Assembly: GCF_018977255.1 (NCBI RefSeq)
Contig: NW_024704742.1
Coordinates: 6,326,001 to 6,390,000, forward strand
Length of the DNA stretch: 64,000 nt
Direction of reading: 5' to 3'
Source: Callorhinchus milii
Taxonomy: Eukaryota
Shown here: positions 47,434 to 59,694 of the stretch, one piece after another
Position numbering within the stretch: the first letter of the stretch is position 1
Layout of the letters: every line of letters starts with the position of its first letter
Made by a program: the position numbers and the translations under genes
Notes under the pieces: model-generated
The model's input: the letters and a program-made list of their open reading frames with translations, nothing else
What the model was told of the DNA's origin: nothing
The model's database searches: none

Positions 47434-48699
47434 CGTTCAGAGTGAAAGCACTGAATTACAGAAGGCAAAGTTTAACCACAGGGAGCACAACCGAGGATGA
47501 AAGATGTAAGCTATTATTACTGAAGGATTTGTGAGCTTTTACTGCAGATACCAAATGGCAGTGGATTGACCTTCGCAATTCTATCAGATACTTATGGTTT
47601 GAAAGGACATACATAGGGATTTTTGGATGACTTACTGGGTTCCTCAGCAGCCTCAGTCTCAGATGTCTCTATAGCTGTAGAGGTGAGCTGTGATGCTTCA
47701 TGCTTTTTCAAAGGTTTTCTAGGTGGCCTTTGATAGCCAGCTGGTGTTTTGAAATTTCACTGCGCTCTAATTTCCATTTTGCTGATCTCTTGAGGTTATT
47801 AATGTGTTTTCAATAATCTGATAGATGTCTGTGTTCTTTTGAATATCTGCGAGCTTCTTGAATGCTGCTGGCTCAACACTGTAGCTCATTCCTGTGGTTT
47901 TGGAGAACTTTGCTTGTGTTCCAAAGAATATTTTTTTCACATCAGAATTCTGTCACTAAAGGGGAAAGTTTTACTTTGCTGAAAGCATGGCCTGGTGTGG
48001 TTTGAAAACGCCATCTTGCATATTTTCTCCCACATGCTCAATAAGTGAAACGTCAACTCCCATATAGGTGAAGTTTATCACTTGTCTGAGGAGGTCCCAT
48101 TGGCAGCCACTATTCGAATGGATAGGTTATATATCTCATGTCAGCATTATGTAATCAGGAGCCCATAATGGGCATATGTGGAATAAATTGAATAGAGTAA
48201 TGCGATAAAACTTTGTAACATGTTGCAACACCCATTAGTCTACAAGTACATTGCTCAGCAAAAATAGGACAGATCGAATACGCAATTCCTAGACCCTAAA
48301 ATAGGGAAACACCTGAAAATGGACCATTGTTTATTTGAATTAAACTGAATAGAGTAATAACATTAAACTTTACTCAACCCATTAACCCAGGATCTTACTG
48401 CACAGAAGAAATAGGGCACATCAGCTACATAGTCCTGAGACCACGCCCGATCAATTGAACATACTAGCACCTCTCAAAGCAACCCTGCATTGACAAGATG
48501 GTGCTCTGTATAGGCAGAATGGGAGAGTATATGGCATTGCAACAGTTGTGGTAAGATGTAGCGTGGCGCACATTTTTTAAAGGAAGAATTATTTTATGTC
48601 TAGATCATGTGAATTGATCAAAATTGTGTTATGTTGCATTTCTAAGTCACCGAGTATGTTTTCAAAGTTCAATCGTTTCTTAATAAAAAATCAGTCTTT

Positions 48700-49372
48700 C
48701 TTTCCAATTTGTATTTGAGGAGGAAAAGGCAACATTCACAGATCAGTCCTGAGTCTATGTGCTTAGGTTGTTCTACATCAAATTAAACCAAGAATGGATA
48801 TTCCTTATTACGAAATCTGTTAAAAAAATACTGCAAACGTATTTCTGAATTGCCCAGTTCACAGCCCAGTTCAGTTGCCAGCTCTCTTGCCTCTGGGTCA
48901 CAAGTCTATGGGTTCGAACCCCATGTCAGGACTTTGACATGGTCTAAGATGACACTCCAGTACAGCCAAGGGAACTGTCCTGTCGCAGGTACCATTCTTC
49001 AGAAGAGATGTTAACTAAGATAGACATTAAAGATCCCATGACATTATTTGAAAAGAGAAGAGAGTTTCTTTCATTGTCCGAGACAACAATCTCCCAGGTA
49101 AAATTGATAATGTCATGGCTATTTGTGGGCTATTGATGTGTGCAAATTGTCGAGGAGGTTTGCCCGCTCAAAGTCACTACAATTGAAACAAACTCTGTGA
49201 CGTGCTTTGAGACATTATAGGTGTATTATGAAACATACAATATTATATTAATTTACTTTAGTAATGTTCTAATTCCATCCTGGGTTCAATTTGATGTGGA
49301 ACAACTTCAAGCACACAGAGTCAGGACTGATCTGTGAATGTTGCTTTTTCCTCCTCAAACACAAATTGGACA
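48700..49372. repeat. ~100-bp inverted repeat pair (48700-48798 / 49274-49372) enclosing a Deu SINE (~48860-49240, + strand)
   Basis: ttgaggaggaaaaggcaacattcacagatcagtcctgag versus tcaggactgatctgtgaatgttgctttttcctcctcaa. Confidence 0.88.
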
Positions 49373-50825
49373 ATAGAAAACTTACGTTGAAGTCCCCAGT
49401 CTCAACAATGTAGACTTCAGTTAGCCTGGCTCATCAACAAGACTTTGAAGGGCAGAACAGTCACAGAGATTCTTCCCACTCAGCTCCTGTTACTATTAAC
49501 TTGTTCCACATCAAATTAACAAGACAAAGACCTAATGGGTAGGGTGGCCTTTAGCAAGACAAGCAGCAGTTTTCACAGTGACAAACTGATTAATCTCCAG
49601 TACCACTGAACAAACTCCGGGATTACTACTACTAATAATAATTACAATAATAATAATAATTATAATAATAATCCTTGCATTTGATACAGCACCTTATCAT
49701 GTCTTTGGGACGTGTCATAGCGCTTCACAGAATGTACTGTTAAGTGAATTGACTGTATATTTTTGGGACGAAATGCCCACTATCCTAAATTTGGTTCTTG
49801 TCAACCTGCGGCCAATACTTTCTGGGATTAGGTGGCAGGGTGTGTCTCTCTGGGGAGTGAGATGTGCATTCCATTTCAATGCCTATGTGGAACTCTCAGT
49901 CGTTAAATGATCTTCTTAAACTAGGCGTTGGGTTTCCACGTGTGTCAGACACCCGGTCTGACAGAAAAAAAGACCTTACCAGTGGCTCCTGTTCAGTAAT
50001 GACTTTTACTTATTTTAAGGCAAAACATCTCACTGGAGACTGCTTGAAATAAACAGTGCTATCGTGATGACAAAAGGTTTGTTAGTGTCTGCATTGTGAA
50101 CTCTGCAGACATGACAGACTAATTCTTTTTAGTGAGAGATTGAACTAACTCCCAATTTCTCATGTGCATGACATTGTCAACTCTTTTTAAAGAAATGTTC
50201 GATATTTCTGATGTTTACACGATGAATCAAAGCCTTTTCTGTTACCGTACTATGAAGCCTAACTCCTGTTTTTATGGAATTGTAAAGCAAATTCACTTCA
50301 GCTCGTTCTCTATTAAATGAAATGGCATCAAGTTTGTTTTTTCAATTAATTTAAAGTAACTCCAGATGGAAAGGCACTGCAGGTATTTGTCAGACTAAAT
50401 CCAATGAATTCCCTTACTAAAAAAAACAGCCTTCTTTTGTGAACATTTCTGAGGGTCTTTTATATAGGCTTCTACCATCAGAGTTCAGCTACGTGTTTCC
50501 ATCGACCAAATCATTTGTACAGGTTTGTTTACTGGTCTTTTATCCCCCTCTTTCTCTCTGCCTGGAAGAAAAAAACATTCATGTGTGGTTGGTTTGTTTT
50601 TAACTTTGATTTTATTCATATAAGTTTCCAATTATAATGACATCTCGGCTCGTACATTCGTGCCGCTTCGAGGAGTTCCTGAAAGGATTGGTGTCCCCCT
50701 ATTCAGGGAATGCCAGGGAAACTGTTCCAGGGAGCCTGGAACATCTCTGAAAGGTTCCACGTTGTACAGTGGACTATTTTAGCAACCCGTGGATTTTAAA
50801 TGTTATTTTGCTTGTTAAAAAATAT

Positions 50826-51177
50826 TTTATTTTTACAATACATAATTGGATGTAGGTACAGTTCTCGGCAATTGACGTTCTTGAATTTCAGTAAACTCGG
50901 CACCTGGTGGCATTCTTTACACAGTGTGTAATTTAATTTGCATTACTTGCAAAAGGGCTGAGAAGTGATCAAATAAATAAAGTTTACGATAATTTCAAGG
51001 TCTGGATATTTTCTTTGCATTACTTGACTGTTTATGTACTTTAATGGTAGGATTCTGCATTTGTTGCATAAGAGCCATATAAAGTTGGCAGTGTGTAAAA
51101 CATATTAGTGAACCGTTAAGGGCAGCTGTAGGATTCTCGTGTGCCAGTGTCAGGGAGAAAGCAGCAACATGGGAAGT
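50826..51177 (+). repeat. Copy 1 of a ~360-bp direct duplication
   Basis: Colinear with 52980-53341. Confidence 0.9.
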
Positions 51178-51269
51178 GGAAACAACCCATCCACATCCAG
51201 TATCTTTCTTTACACTTTACTGTCATAGTGACACTTTCATTTAAATAACATAACAGTCATTTTGTAGAT

Positions 51270-51665
51270 GTAATAATAATAAAAAATAATCCTTGCATTT
51301 GATACCGCGCCTTATCACGTCTTCGAGACGTCTCAAAGTGCTTCACACATTGTACTGTGAAGAGAATCGACTGTATATTTTGTGGGCGAAACACGGCAGT
51401 CGATTGCACCCAGCAGCGTCTTACAAACACGTGAACGCATAGCAACATTTCAAAATTAAATTGGATCAACAGGCGAGGAAACGGAATAAGTAAGGATTTG
51501 TGGAGAGAACAGGGGAATAGGATTAGATTAGGGAGCTCCAGTGGTACAATAATAATAACCATAATCCTTACATTTGGTACAACGCCTTTCATGTTGGGAG
51601 GATGTCCCAAAGCGCTTCATAGGATATACTGTAAAGTGCATTAAATGTGTGTTTTGTGGGCGAAT
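51270..51665 (-). mobile_element. Two SINE tail fragments
   Basis: aatccttgcatttgatacc... at 51287 and aatccttacatttggtac... at 51563. Confidence 0.8.
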
Positions 51666-52344
51666 AATGGGCCGCAAGGCTTCCGTCTGTAAACTTTGTG
51701 TGAGCCTATGTTGAATCCTTTACGCTGGCCACACAGTAGTTTATCCCACAGGTGTGATTGGCAATTTAATTGACCACAGGACTGTAATTTCAGATGTGAG
51801 ATTCAGAAACCATAATTTTGCAGATGTGAAACAACACTGAATGGCCAGTGTGTGTGCGTTAATTTAACGAAGGATTTAACTACACACCCACAGGATAATT
51901 AGAAGGTTCTACCAAGCGATGGTGAGCACCAGCCTTACTTTCACTTGTGTGACAGACCATCATTGCTCACTTGTACCTGTGACACGTGTGAGTTATAGGG
52001 GTCCTTTACACTCATGAAAGAACCCACTGTGCCACAGAGTTTTGAGAGAAAACTATGGATCTACTTCCTCGTGAATTACAATTTATTAATACAACCTTAG
52101 CATTTTTGGTAGGATTAGTGAAAATTGCCTTCAGCGTGATAGTCATCAAGAAATTCACAAACATGTTGTGTCTCACGTCTCAAGGTTACTATCTCTGTTT
52201 CACTTTTACTTAAAGGTAAGCATCAAGTTTTATGACTTGCTGAAACGAGCCAGATAATAAGGGAATGTTTGTCTTTTGTATAATAATAATAATAAAACTG
52301 TTTTGTTATAATAGGAAGCTAAATTACATGCATTATTTATCAAT

Positions 52345-52975
52345 CTGGCACAATTGATAGCACTGTCATCTGAGTCAGAAGGTTATGGGTTCAAGCACCA
52401 CGTAGGGACTTTGAGCTCACAGTCAAGGCTCACAGTTTAGTTGGTACATTGCTGTTTTGTTGCAGTTGTCGTCCTTCAACAGCAACAAGTTACACTTGTT
52501 CAGCGCCTTTCACGTCAGGAGGACGTCCCAAAGCCCTGGACAGTCAGGGATCCACAGCCGAGCTGATGGTTGGGATCAGCAGGGGTGGAGGGCAGGGAAG
52601 GTAGGGGTAGGAGGGTGACTGAAGAAGGCACGGTCGAAGAGAAAGGTCTTGAGACAGGTCTTGAGGGTGGCAAGGGAGGCGGCGAGGCAGAGGGACTGTG
52701 GGATGAGATCAAACCTTAAACCAAGTTCTCGTCTGCCTGTTCAGGTGGACGTTAAAGATGCCATGGCACAATTCGAACAGAAAAGGGAGTTTCTCTCAGT
52801 GCGCTGGTAAAATCGGTCATTCACTGTATGGTTGTTCGTGGAAGATTGCCATGAGCAAATTAGCAGCAGAGTTCATCTACAAAATATACACTGATTAAAA
52901 CTCTACAGTAAAATCCTGTGAAGCACTTTTACATGTGACAACTCCTCACCCTATCAAAGGTGTAATGTAAGGATT
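52345..52975 (+). mobile_element. Old Deu-domain SINE interrupted by a minus-strand L2 fragment (52476-52710)
   Basis: Head tctgagtcagaaggttatgggttcaagc; core resumes ttaaaccaagttctcgtctgcctgttcaggtggacgttaaagatgccatggc. Confidence 0.85.
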
Positions 52976-52979
52976 GTTA

Positions 52980-53341
52980 TTTTATTTCTACAATACATAA
53001 TTGGATATCAGGTTCAGTTCCCAGCATTTGACATTTTTGAATTTCAGTAAATTTTGCCCCGTCTAGTCCCGGTGGCATTTTTTAATGCAAAGGTGTTCAA
53101 TTTGCACCTCTCGCAAAAGGTCTGAGAAGTGCTGAAATAAATAAAGTTTCTGATAATTTCAAGGTGTGGATATTTGCGTTGTATTCCTTGACTGCTCATG
53201 GAAGTTATGGGGAGGATTCTGCCTATGTCGCGAAAGAGCCTCGTCAAGCGGGGTAGTGCGTAACATGTATTAGCGAACCGTTAACGCCCACTGTAGGATT
53301 CTCATGTGCCAGTGTCAGGGAGAGAGCAGCAACATGGGAAG
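52980..53341 (+). repeat. Copy 2 of a ~360-bp direct duplication
   Basis: Shares tacaatacataattggat, aaataaataaagttt.gataatttcaagg and ctgtaggattctc.tgtgccagtgtcagggaga.agcagcaacatgggaag with copy 1. Confidence 0.9.
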
Positions 53342-53929
53342 GTGAATTAATAATGGGTCTACAACTCTGCAATAAAATCCTGTCTTCGCTTCAGGGACAC
53401 GTGAACGACAGCCTCTAGGCGTACATTAAACCTTCTTGTGGGAGGCACTGTCATAACGGTACTCCGCTGTTTCCATGTGCAACCGGTCAAAAATTAAAGC
53501 CAACCAATGTGACTGACTCTGTGTCGCACAGAACGTGGAAGGAAAGTAAATGCTGAGCTGTTTCTGAGAAATTTGTAGCTGCTAATTATGGAGAGATCCA
53601 GTTTTATTATCAGCAGGTTGTGTGGCCGCTCAATGCCTCTGGCACCGGATTCTGGTGCCAAAAATGCCAGCGAATATCTGCCAAAACGAAGCAAGGGTTC
53701 TGGTTCGCTATTAATCCATATAAGGTCCATATGGAATCAATGTCTTTGCAATGTTTTGTGCAAGATTGTCACCAATTGGGCTGAGGTTAACAGTAAATGT
53801 TAAATCAGGTTCTATCAGCACATTGCTGTTGCCGTTGGGTAAAGTTATTTTCATTGGTGTTCCAGCCATTTCACTTGTAGCGGTGTTGACTGTCACCTAT
53901 ACATCTTGCTGTGGACCATACTGGATATT

Positions 53930-54640
53930 ATAATAATAATAAGCTTTAGATTTGGTGTAGCACCTTTCAAGTCGGGAGGACATCTCAAAGCACTTCACAG
54001 CATTTACTGTAAAGCGCAGTGTCTATGGTTTTGTAGCCGAACGCAACACCCGATTTGCATATAGCGATGTCCCACAAACAGCCATGAAGTGAATGACCAA
54101 TTTGGGGTGGGGGGCATTGGCCAGGATCCTCGGAGAAACTCTTCAAATAGTTCCAACGATGCAGCACATCCCCAGCGCTGCATTTCACAGTTGAGTTCAC
54201 AGTCTTGACATGAGGCTTGAACCCACAACTTCTAACTCAGCGATGAGAGTGTTACCAACTGAGCCAGGCTGACATATGTCTGGAAAGAAACACTTTTATA
54301 GCATTGTATCACATTGCAAAATCTGAAATTGCTCCACAGATTTGTCGGCGAACATAGCAGCCATTTGCACTACCAAATGTCGGCAAATAGCCATAAAGTG
54401 AATTATCAATTAATCTGAAAGATTGTTCAGCCGGGAAACAAGAAGAAACTTCCCTTTTTGAACAGCTCCATGAGATCTTTAATGTTCACCTGAACAGGCA
54501 GACAGGACACAGGTTTAACATCAGTGGGAGTAATAATAATGACAATAGTAATAATTCTTGTATTTTACACAACACCTTTTACATCAGGAGGATGCCTGAA
54601 AGCCCTTCACATGAAATAAAACACAGTGACTGTATATTTT
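53930..54640 (-). mobile_element. Cluster of old Deu-domain SINE copies and fragments
   Basis: Head gttaccaactgagccaggctgaca at ~54250-54274; core tttaatgttcacctgaacaggcagac. Confidence 0.78.
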
Positions 54641-55250
54641 GTAGTTGAATGCAAGCATGCAGTTTTGCAATGCATGTCAGTTTCATTGGAACCATGAGAC
54701 CGAATTGAAAGCAATAATAGCTTTAATACCTTACAGATGTGATGTCAAATTGGTGAACTGTTCCATAAATAGAAATAAAACGTGCAGTTCAAGTTCTAGA
54801 CAATTTGCGTTAAAGGAATGGTCAGAAGACCTAATTGCTGAATACTGTTGATTGATAATTTTTACAATTGTACAGCAGTTGTATAAAGTCAAATAAATGA
54901 ATAAAAGAGGAGGCTGCTATCGTGCCATTGTTAACGTGGTAATGTGGGTTTTTCGTTTAAATTTAGATTTGTGTTTGGTGAGGTTATTTCTTCGTCTGAC
55001 CTCTATTATATCTATGTCAAGCTAAATAGTGCTCTTTATTAATTCATCTTTCAGGCATGTTACACTTCAGGAGGGTCTTTACCATGAAGCTCTGTCAAGC
55101 AATTAACTCACTAAGTGCATTCCTACCCATGTGATGTAATGACTTTCAATCTTCTCATGCTATCTGATGAACTGCACGAGTCTGTAGCCATCTCGGCATG
55201 ACATATAAGTCCTTATACTTAAGGACCATTCGATTCAGTGTTTATTTGCA

Positions 55251-55533
55251 AATAATAATAATAATCCTTGCATTTGATATAGTGCTTTTCACGTCGGGAG
55301 AACGTCCCAAAGCGCTTCACAGAATATACTGTAAAGTAAATTGACTGTATATTTGTGGGCGAACGTGGCAGCCAATTGCGCACAGCAATGTCCCACAAAC
55401 AGTCGTAGATTGAAAATGACCAATTTATTATTGTTTTTGGTTTTGGAGGGATTATTATTAGGTGTGTGGAGTAAGGAAACTTGCCCAAGGTTTCGCCCTG
55501 TCTGGAATTGAACTCAGGTCTCTCGCTTGCAAG
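55251..55533 (-). mobile_element. Young SINE (short form), head truncated
   Basis: Near-identical to the reverse complement of 63696-64000. Confidence 0.92.
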
Positions 55534-55659
55534 CATAAAATCCCAGGGAGTTTTTTTTGTTGTAAAGGTGCAGGAGAAAAATCAGGTGGGAAACATTTAA
55601 TACAAGCAAACAGGTAAATTTGGTAAAAATTGGGGTTTATTTTTGGAACAGCAGTTTAC

Positions 55660-55785
55660 CTTTCTGACAAAAGGTCATTGACCTGAAATGGTAACTAATT
55701 TTCCTCTCTCCATGGATGATGCCTGACCTGCTGTGTGTTCCCAGCGACTTCTGTGTTTATACCAGATTTGCAGCATCTGCAATAC
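55660..55785 (+). mobile_element. Penelope-like pLTR 3' fragment with decayed hammerhead motif
   Basis: ctgacaa-aaggtca-t-tgacct-gaaa-tggtaact...gatgcctgacctgctgtgtgttcccagc...cagatttgcagcatctgca. Confidence 0.78.
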
Positions 55786-56579
55786 TGGTATAAACTGTTG
55801 GGAAACCCCAAAATACACTCAAACGCCGGTACTGGACAACGGCCACAGATTTTGACCGTATCTGTGGGACCATCATTGCAGCCAAGCAGATTCTTGGCTG
55901 AGCGCTCACAAATGTGGATTCCGTAATAAAAAGCTAATTTGTGAGGTTTTTCTTTCAGCAAAAAAACTGTTACCTAACAAAACGAGCAGTTATCAGTGAA
56001 AATCGTTTAAAATATCTTTAATGATCCTTACCTATATTCTAACCCAATTACCTTCTAAATTACCCACTTCTGCTTGGCTATACAAATCTCTTGCTGCAAC
56101 TCATCTTCTGGACAACTTTACTTGTATCTCATCTCTTTGGCCAAGCATTGGCTAAGTGCTCATTTTTGTATCTCTTCTCTGTTAGAGTTCCCACATCTCC
56201 CGAATGACTTAACCGTCCCTTTGCCTCAATAGTAAATCAACTGTCAAGCGTATTGCACACAAAATGTTGAACTTGGACGCATATTCCTGAAGGTTATCCT
56301 CCCAATACTTCTGACACTTTTACTATCAGTCCATTTGCTGATGTTGGCTGCTCCACCTTTGCTGTTATATTGCTGTATCCATTCTTTTTAACAGTTAGCA
56401 AGATCGGAGTCTCACTTCCAATCTCTGGTGCATTAATCAGGAAGTGCTGTATCCTCAGAGGTGTCGTCCTTCAGATGAAATAGTGAACCAAAAATCCCAT
56501 CTGTCTGTTCTCCAGTTGGATGTTAAAGCTGGCTGCTTGTGTGTCAGCCTGCCTCAATTGGTCACACTCTCCCCTCTGA

Positions 56580-56870
56580 ATCTAACCTTCTAACCCCCTA
56601 CCAAACCTGCTCGCTCCCTCTGCTCAGCGGTCTCCGGCCTGCTTCACATCCCCCACCTCGCCTGCCCCACTATTGGCGGGTGAGCCTTCTGCCACTCTGC
56701 CCCCATCCTCTGGAACTCCATCCCACACTCTCTCTGCCTTTCCTCTTCCCTTGTCTCCTTCACGACCTATCTCAAGACTCTCCTCTTGGGTCACCCTCCT
56801 TCTCCCCCTGTTCTCCATCCTCCCCGTGAAATGCTTTTGAGATGACCTTCTGAAAGGTGCTGAATCAAAT
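56580..56870 (+). mobile_element. L2 LINE 3' fragment
   Basis: cccactattggcgggtgagccttctgccactctgcccccatcctctggaactcc encodes PTIGG*AFCHSAPILWNS. Confidence 0.85.
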
Positions 56871-57136
56871 ATAATAATAATAATAATAATTAGGCTGCTA
56901 TCCCTAATGCAAGTATTATTATTGAGGGTTTTTTTATATTGAGGGCCAGTGCAGACTTGATGGACTGAATAGCCTCCTTCAGCACTATGAATATCTATGT
57001 TTCTAAAGGAAACACATTAAGAAACGCCACAAACCTTACACCTGTAAATTTTTCTTGAAGTCTCATGATATATTATCAGTCAACCCTTAGGAAAAAAAAT
57101 CACATCTGCTTTTAGTAGCAATGTAAGAAAAAACAT

Positions 57137-57354
57137 GGGGCAGAAATTCTCACCTGGAATTAGATTTATTCAGTTCTCTTAACATTTCAGAGCATTCAGA
57201 ACTTTGCAAATTCTTAAGACCGCAGCCTTAATTTTGAAGCCGACTTTTTTTCCCCACAAGAAGGCTGGCTTCAAAGCTGAGAGTGAACTCAGTCGTTTGC
57301 CAAATTCTGCGCGCTAAGAAAATAGAGTGTAGAGCCAGGTGCAATTTCTCCCCC
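57137..57354. mobile_element. Fold-back MITE-like element (GGGG..AGAAATT termini)
   Basis: ggggcagaaattctcacctgg pairs with ccaggtgcaatttctccccc; inner pairs cagaactttgcaaa/tttgccaaattctg and tttgaagcc/ggcttcaaa. Confidence 0.75.
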
Positions 57355-58479
57355 AGCGCCGGTAATAACAATGGTGAATGAACGAAAGCGAGAGGTGCCA
57401 CAGTTGAAGAGCGGTTGCATTTTATTTGCTCGTGCTTGGGTTTGAAGAAAGCATTTCATGTGAATGACAGATGGAAGTCATCAGCGTTATTATCTCACCC
57501 AGGCCACATCACACGACGTGAGAACCGCAGAGACATCTCCCTGCCGGTTGCTCCCTCCAACCTTTACAGCCCGACCTCTAAATCATCTTAAAAGTGTGAC
57601 AGATGAAGACATCTGTAAGAACAGGCCGATTTCCAGTTTGAAGATTTCTGCGTAGGCCAGATGTACGCAGAGACAGATCGTTGAAAATAAATGGAATGCC
57701 AACAGCCGTGCCGGATAGACTTCATTGACTTTAAACAAGCCTTGGATTTAATATACCGTAAAAAAGTCTACCCATGATAGTTGAGACCTGTTTTTCCCTG
57801 TACAATTATTAAGAACGTATATGTGGGATGCAAATATTCTGTGCTCGTTTAGATTTAGCAAGCTTTTCCATCGACTTGGGTGTCCAAAACGATGATGTGT
57901 GGTGACCTGTTGAGAAGTCTGGTAATCAGTGACTGGAGAAGCCAGGAGCAAATTATACAAGTCACAAAGTAATATCTTATTGTTTGCTTAGAACAGATGT
58001 GTATTTCAAGCTGGCAGGAATCTACAGATCTCACCATGTCAGCATTCCTTGATGGAGTCAATAAAGATCAAATAGCTGAGTACTCGAGAATTTATTGTCT
58101 GTCGCTGCTCTTCAAAGGCAAAAGAACATTGATTTATTTACCACCACCCTTGATTCCAAGTTCACTGATACCATACAATTAGAAATTTACATTTATATAG
58201 CACCATCCTGATCGGGAGTCCCAAATTTGCAATAGTATTTGGAGATATAACTGATATTATGTTCTGACCACCTGTCTGTAAAACATTAATTTTAGTTTGC
58301 AAGGGAGCCAGGTTGAAGCCAGAACACATGATGATGGAGGATGGTGGGATGGGTATTCTGGTGGATGAGATCAAATGGACCAAAGGGGTTTCTTCATCCA
58401 AACTGATCTTGTGATTTTGAGATCTTTTGAAGTCCTGGATGAGCCTCAACTTTCTTCCGCTAGACTTGGACAAGACAGA

Positions 58480-59252
58480 AAGCATCCTCTTTGGCTCCCA
58501 CCAATGATTCTTTCCTTTCGGCTCTGATGTCCTCAACCTTCCTGGTCTCTCTCAATCTTACTGATTCAATGTGCCACCTTGATGTTTGGGTCAATCCTCA
58601 ACTGTCTTTCTCCATCGCATCTTGTCCCAGACAAAGACCATTTTCTGCATCTTTACCACATCACTTGGCTCCATCACTAATCAGGGAGCCCAGTGCTGCA
58701 GAACATACTCATTCATTGTCTTTGTCACCTTTTCAAATTCAACTTTTCAATGCTGCCATCATCTACCATCCCAACTCCACCATTCCCAAGCCCTGCTTCC
58801 TGCATCTTACCCATGCCGAATTTCACGACGCCCATTAGCTTGTCCTTGTCAGCCTCCATTGGCTTCCTCTTTCCTCATGGGTGAATGTCAAGATTCCCAC
58901 CCTCAGACAATTCCTTCACACCCTCTCACCCCCCTCCCGCTATGATCTTCTCCAGCCAAACTCTTCTGTTTGCCCGTTCCACTTGGCAAACTCACAGACT
59001 GCTGTGCATTGTCTGTCTCTACGGCCCACCGCAGCTGGCTGGTATGCCCCTTCCCTTGGAACATCCTCTCGCAATCCCTCCATCTCACCCGTCTCTATCT
59101 GATTTTGAAAGACGCTTAAAAACTACTTCTTTGACAGTACCTATTGTCACCTCCCACTCCTCACCTCTCTCCTCTACCATCTCCTCCTTGCCAAGTATGA
59201 ATCAACTCTATGTGAAGGGCACTCACTATATGAATGCAAGTTGTTTTTGTTG
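58480..59252 (+). mobile_element. Old L2 LINE fragment
   Basis: Colinear with 39270-40078 (tggctcc..caa, tcaatcctcaactgtc, ctccattggcttcct); tail aatgcaagttgtttttgttg. Confidence 0.8.
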
Positions 59253-59269
59253 TAACATATACATTATTA

Positions 59270-59480
59270 CTGTATAGAGGGTTATTAGAATGTGGAACAC
59301 TTTGCCATAAGTAGATATTGAGGCTGAGACCGTAACAGCATTTAAGAGCGAATTGATAAATATTTGAAGAAAAGAGTATGAGAAAGCAGCAGTCAATTGG
59401 GATTAGAGTATTTAGCATCAGTAATACCTGAATAAACTGGATGGATTGAAAGGCTTCCTTTTAAGCTGTAAAATGTAATA
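59270..59480 (+). mobile_element. Old CR1 LINE 3' end
   Basis: Encodes RVIRMWNTLP...EAETVTAFK. Confidence 0.7.
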
Positions 59481-59694
59481 ATTCTATTGATCCATGATTC
59501 TAGATAAATGGAAAGACTAAATGAAAAATAGGCTGTGCTGTTAAACCAAGCCCTGGCATGAATCCCAAACAAGTTACTTGTTCCCAAGGGCCTTATTAAC
59601 CAATAAACCAAGTAAGCCATGACTTAGGGCCCAAATGTCTGAGAGCCCCTGAGGTCTGAGGAGTCCTGGATAGGATTGACGCCTTTACCTCTTT

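Noticed and set aside
47049..47534. FLPS / RKEG repeat ORFs (also 26748-26969)
   Set aside because: Translations of (CCTT)n arrays
53711..53896. Protein-like minus-strand ORF VTVNTATSEMAGTPMKITLP...
   Set aside because: No recognisable homology, weak acceptor and no partner exons
56060..56420. Faint resemblance to Gypsy gag on the minus strand (also 19650-19880 on the plus strand)
   Set aside because: Needs several frameshifts; no LTRs or pol nearby; not supportable without an HMM search
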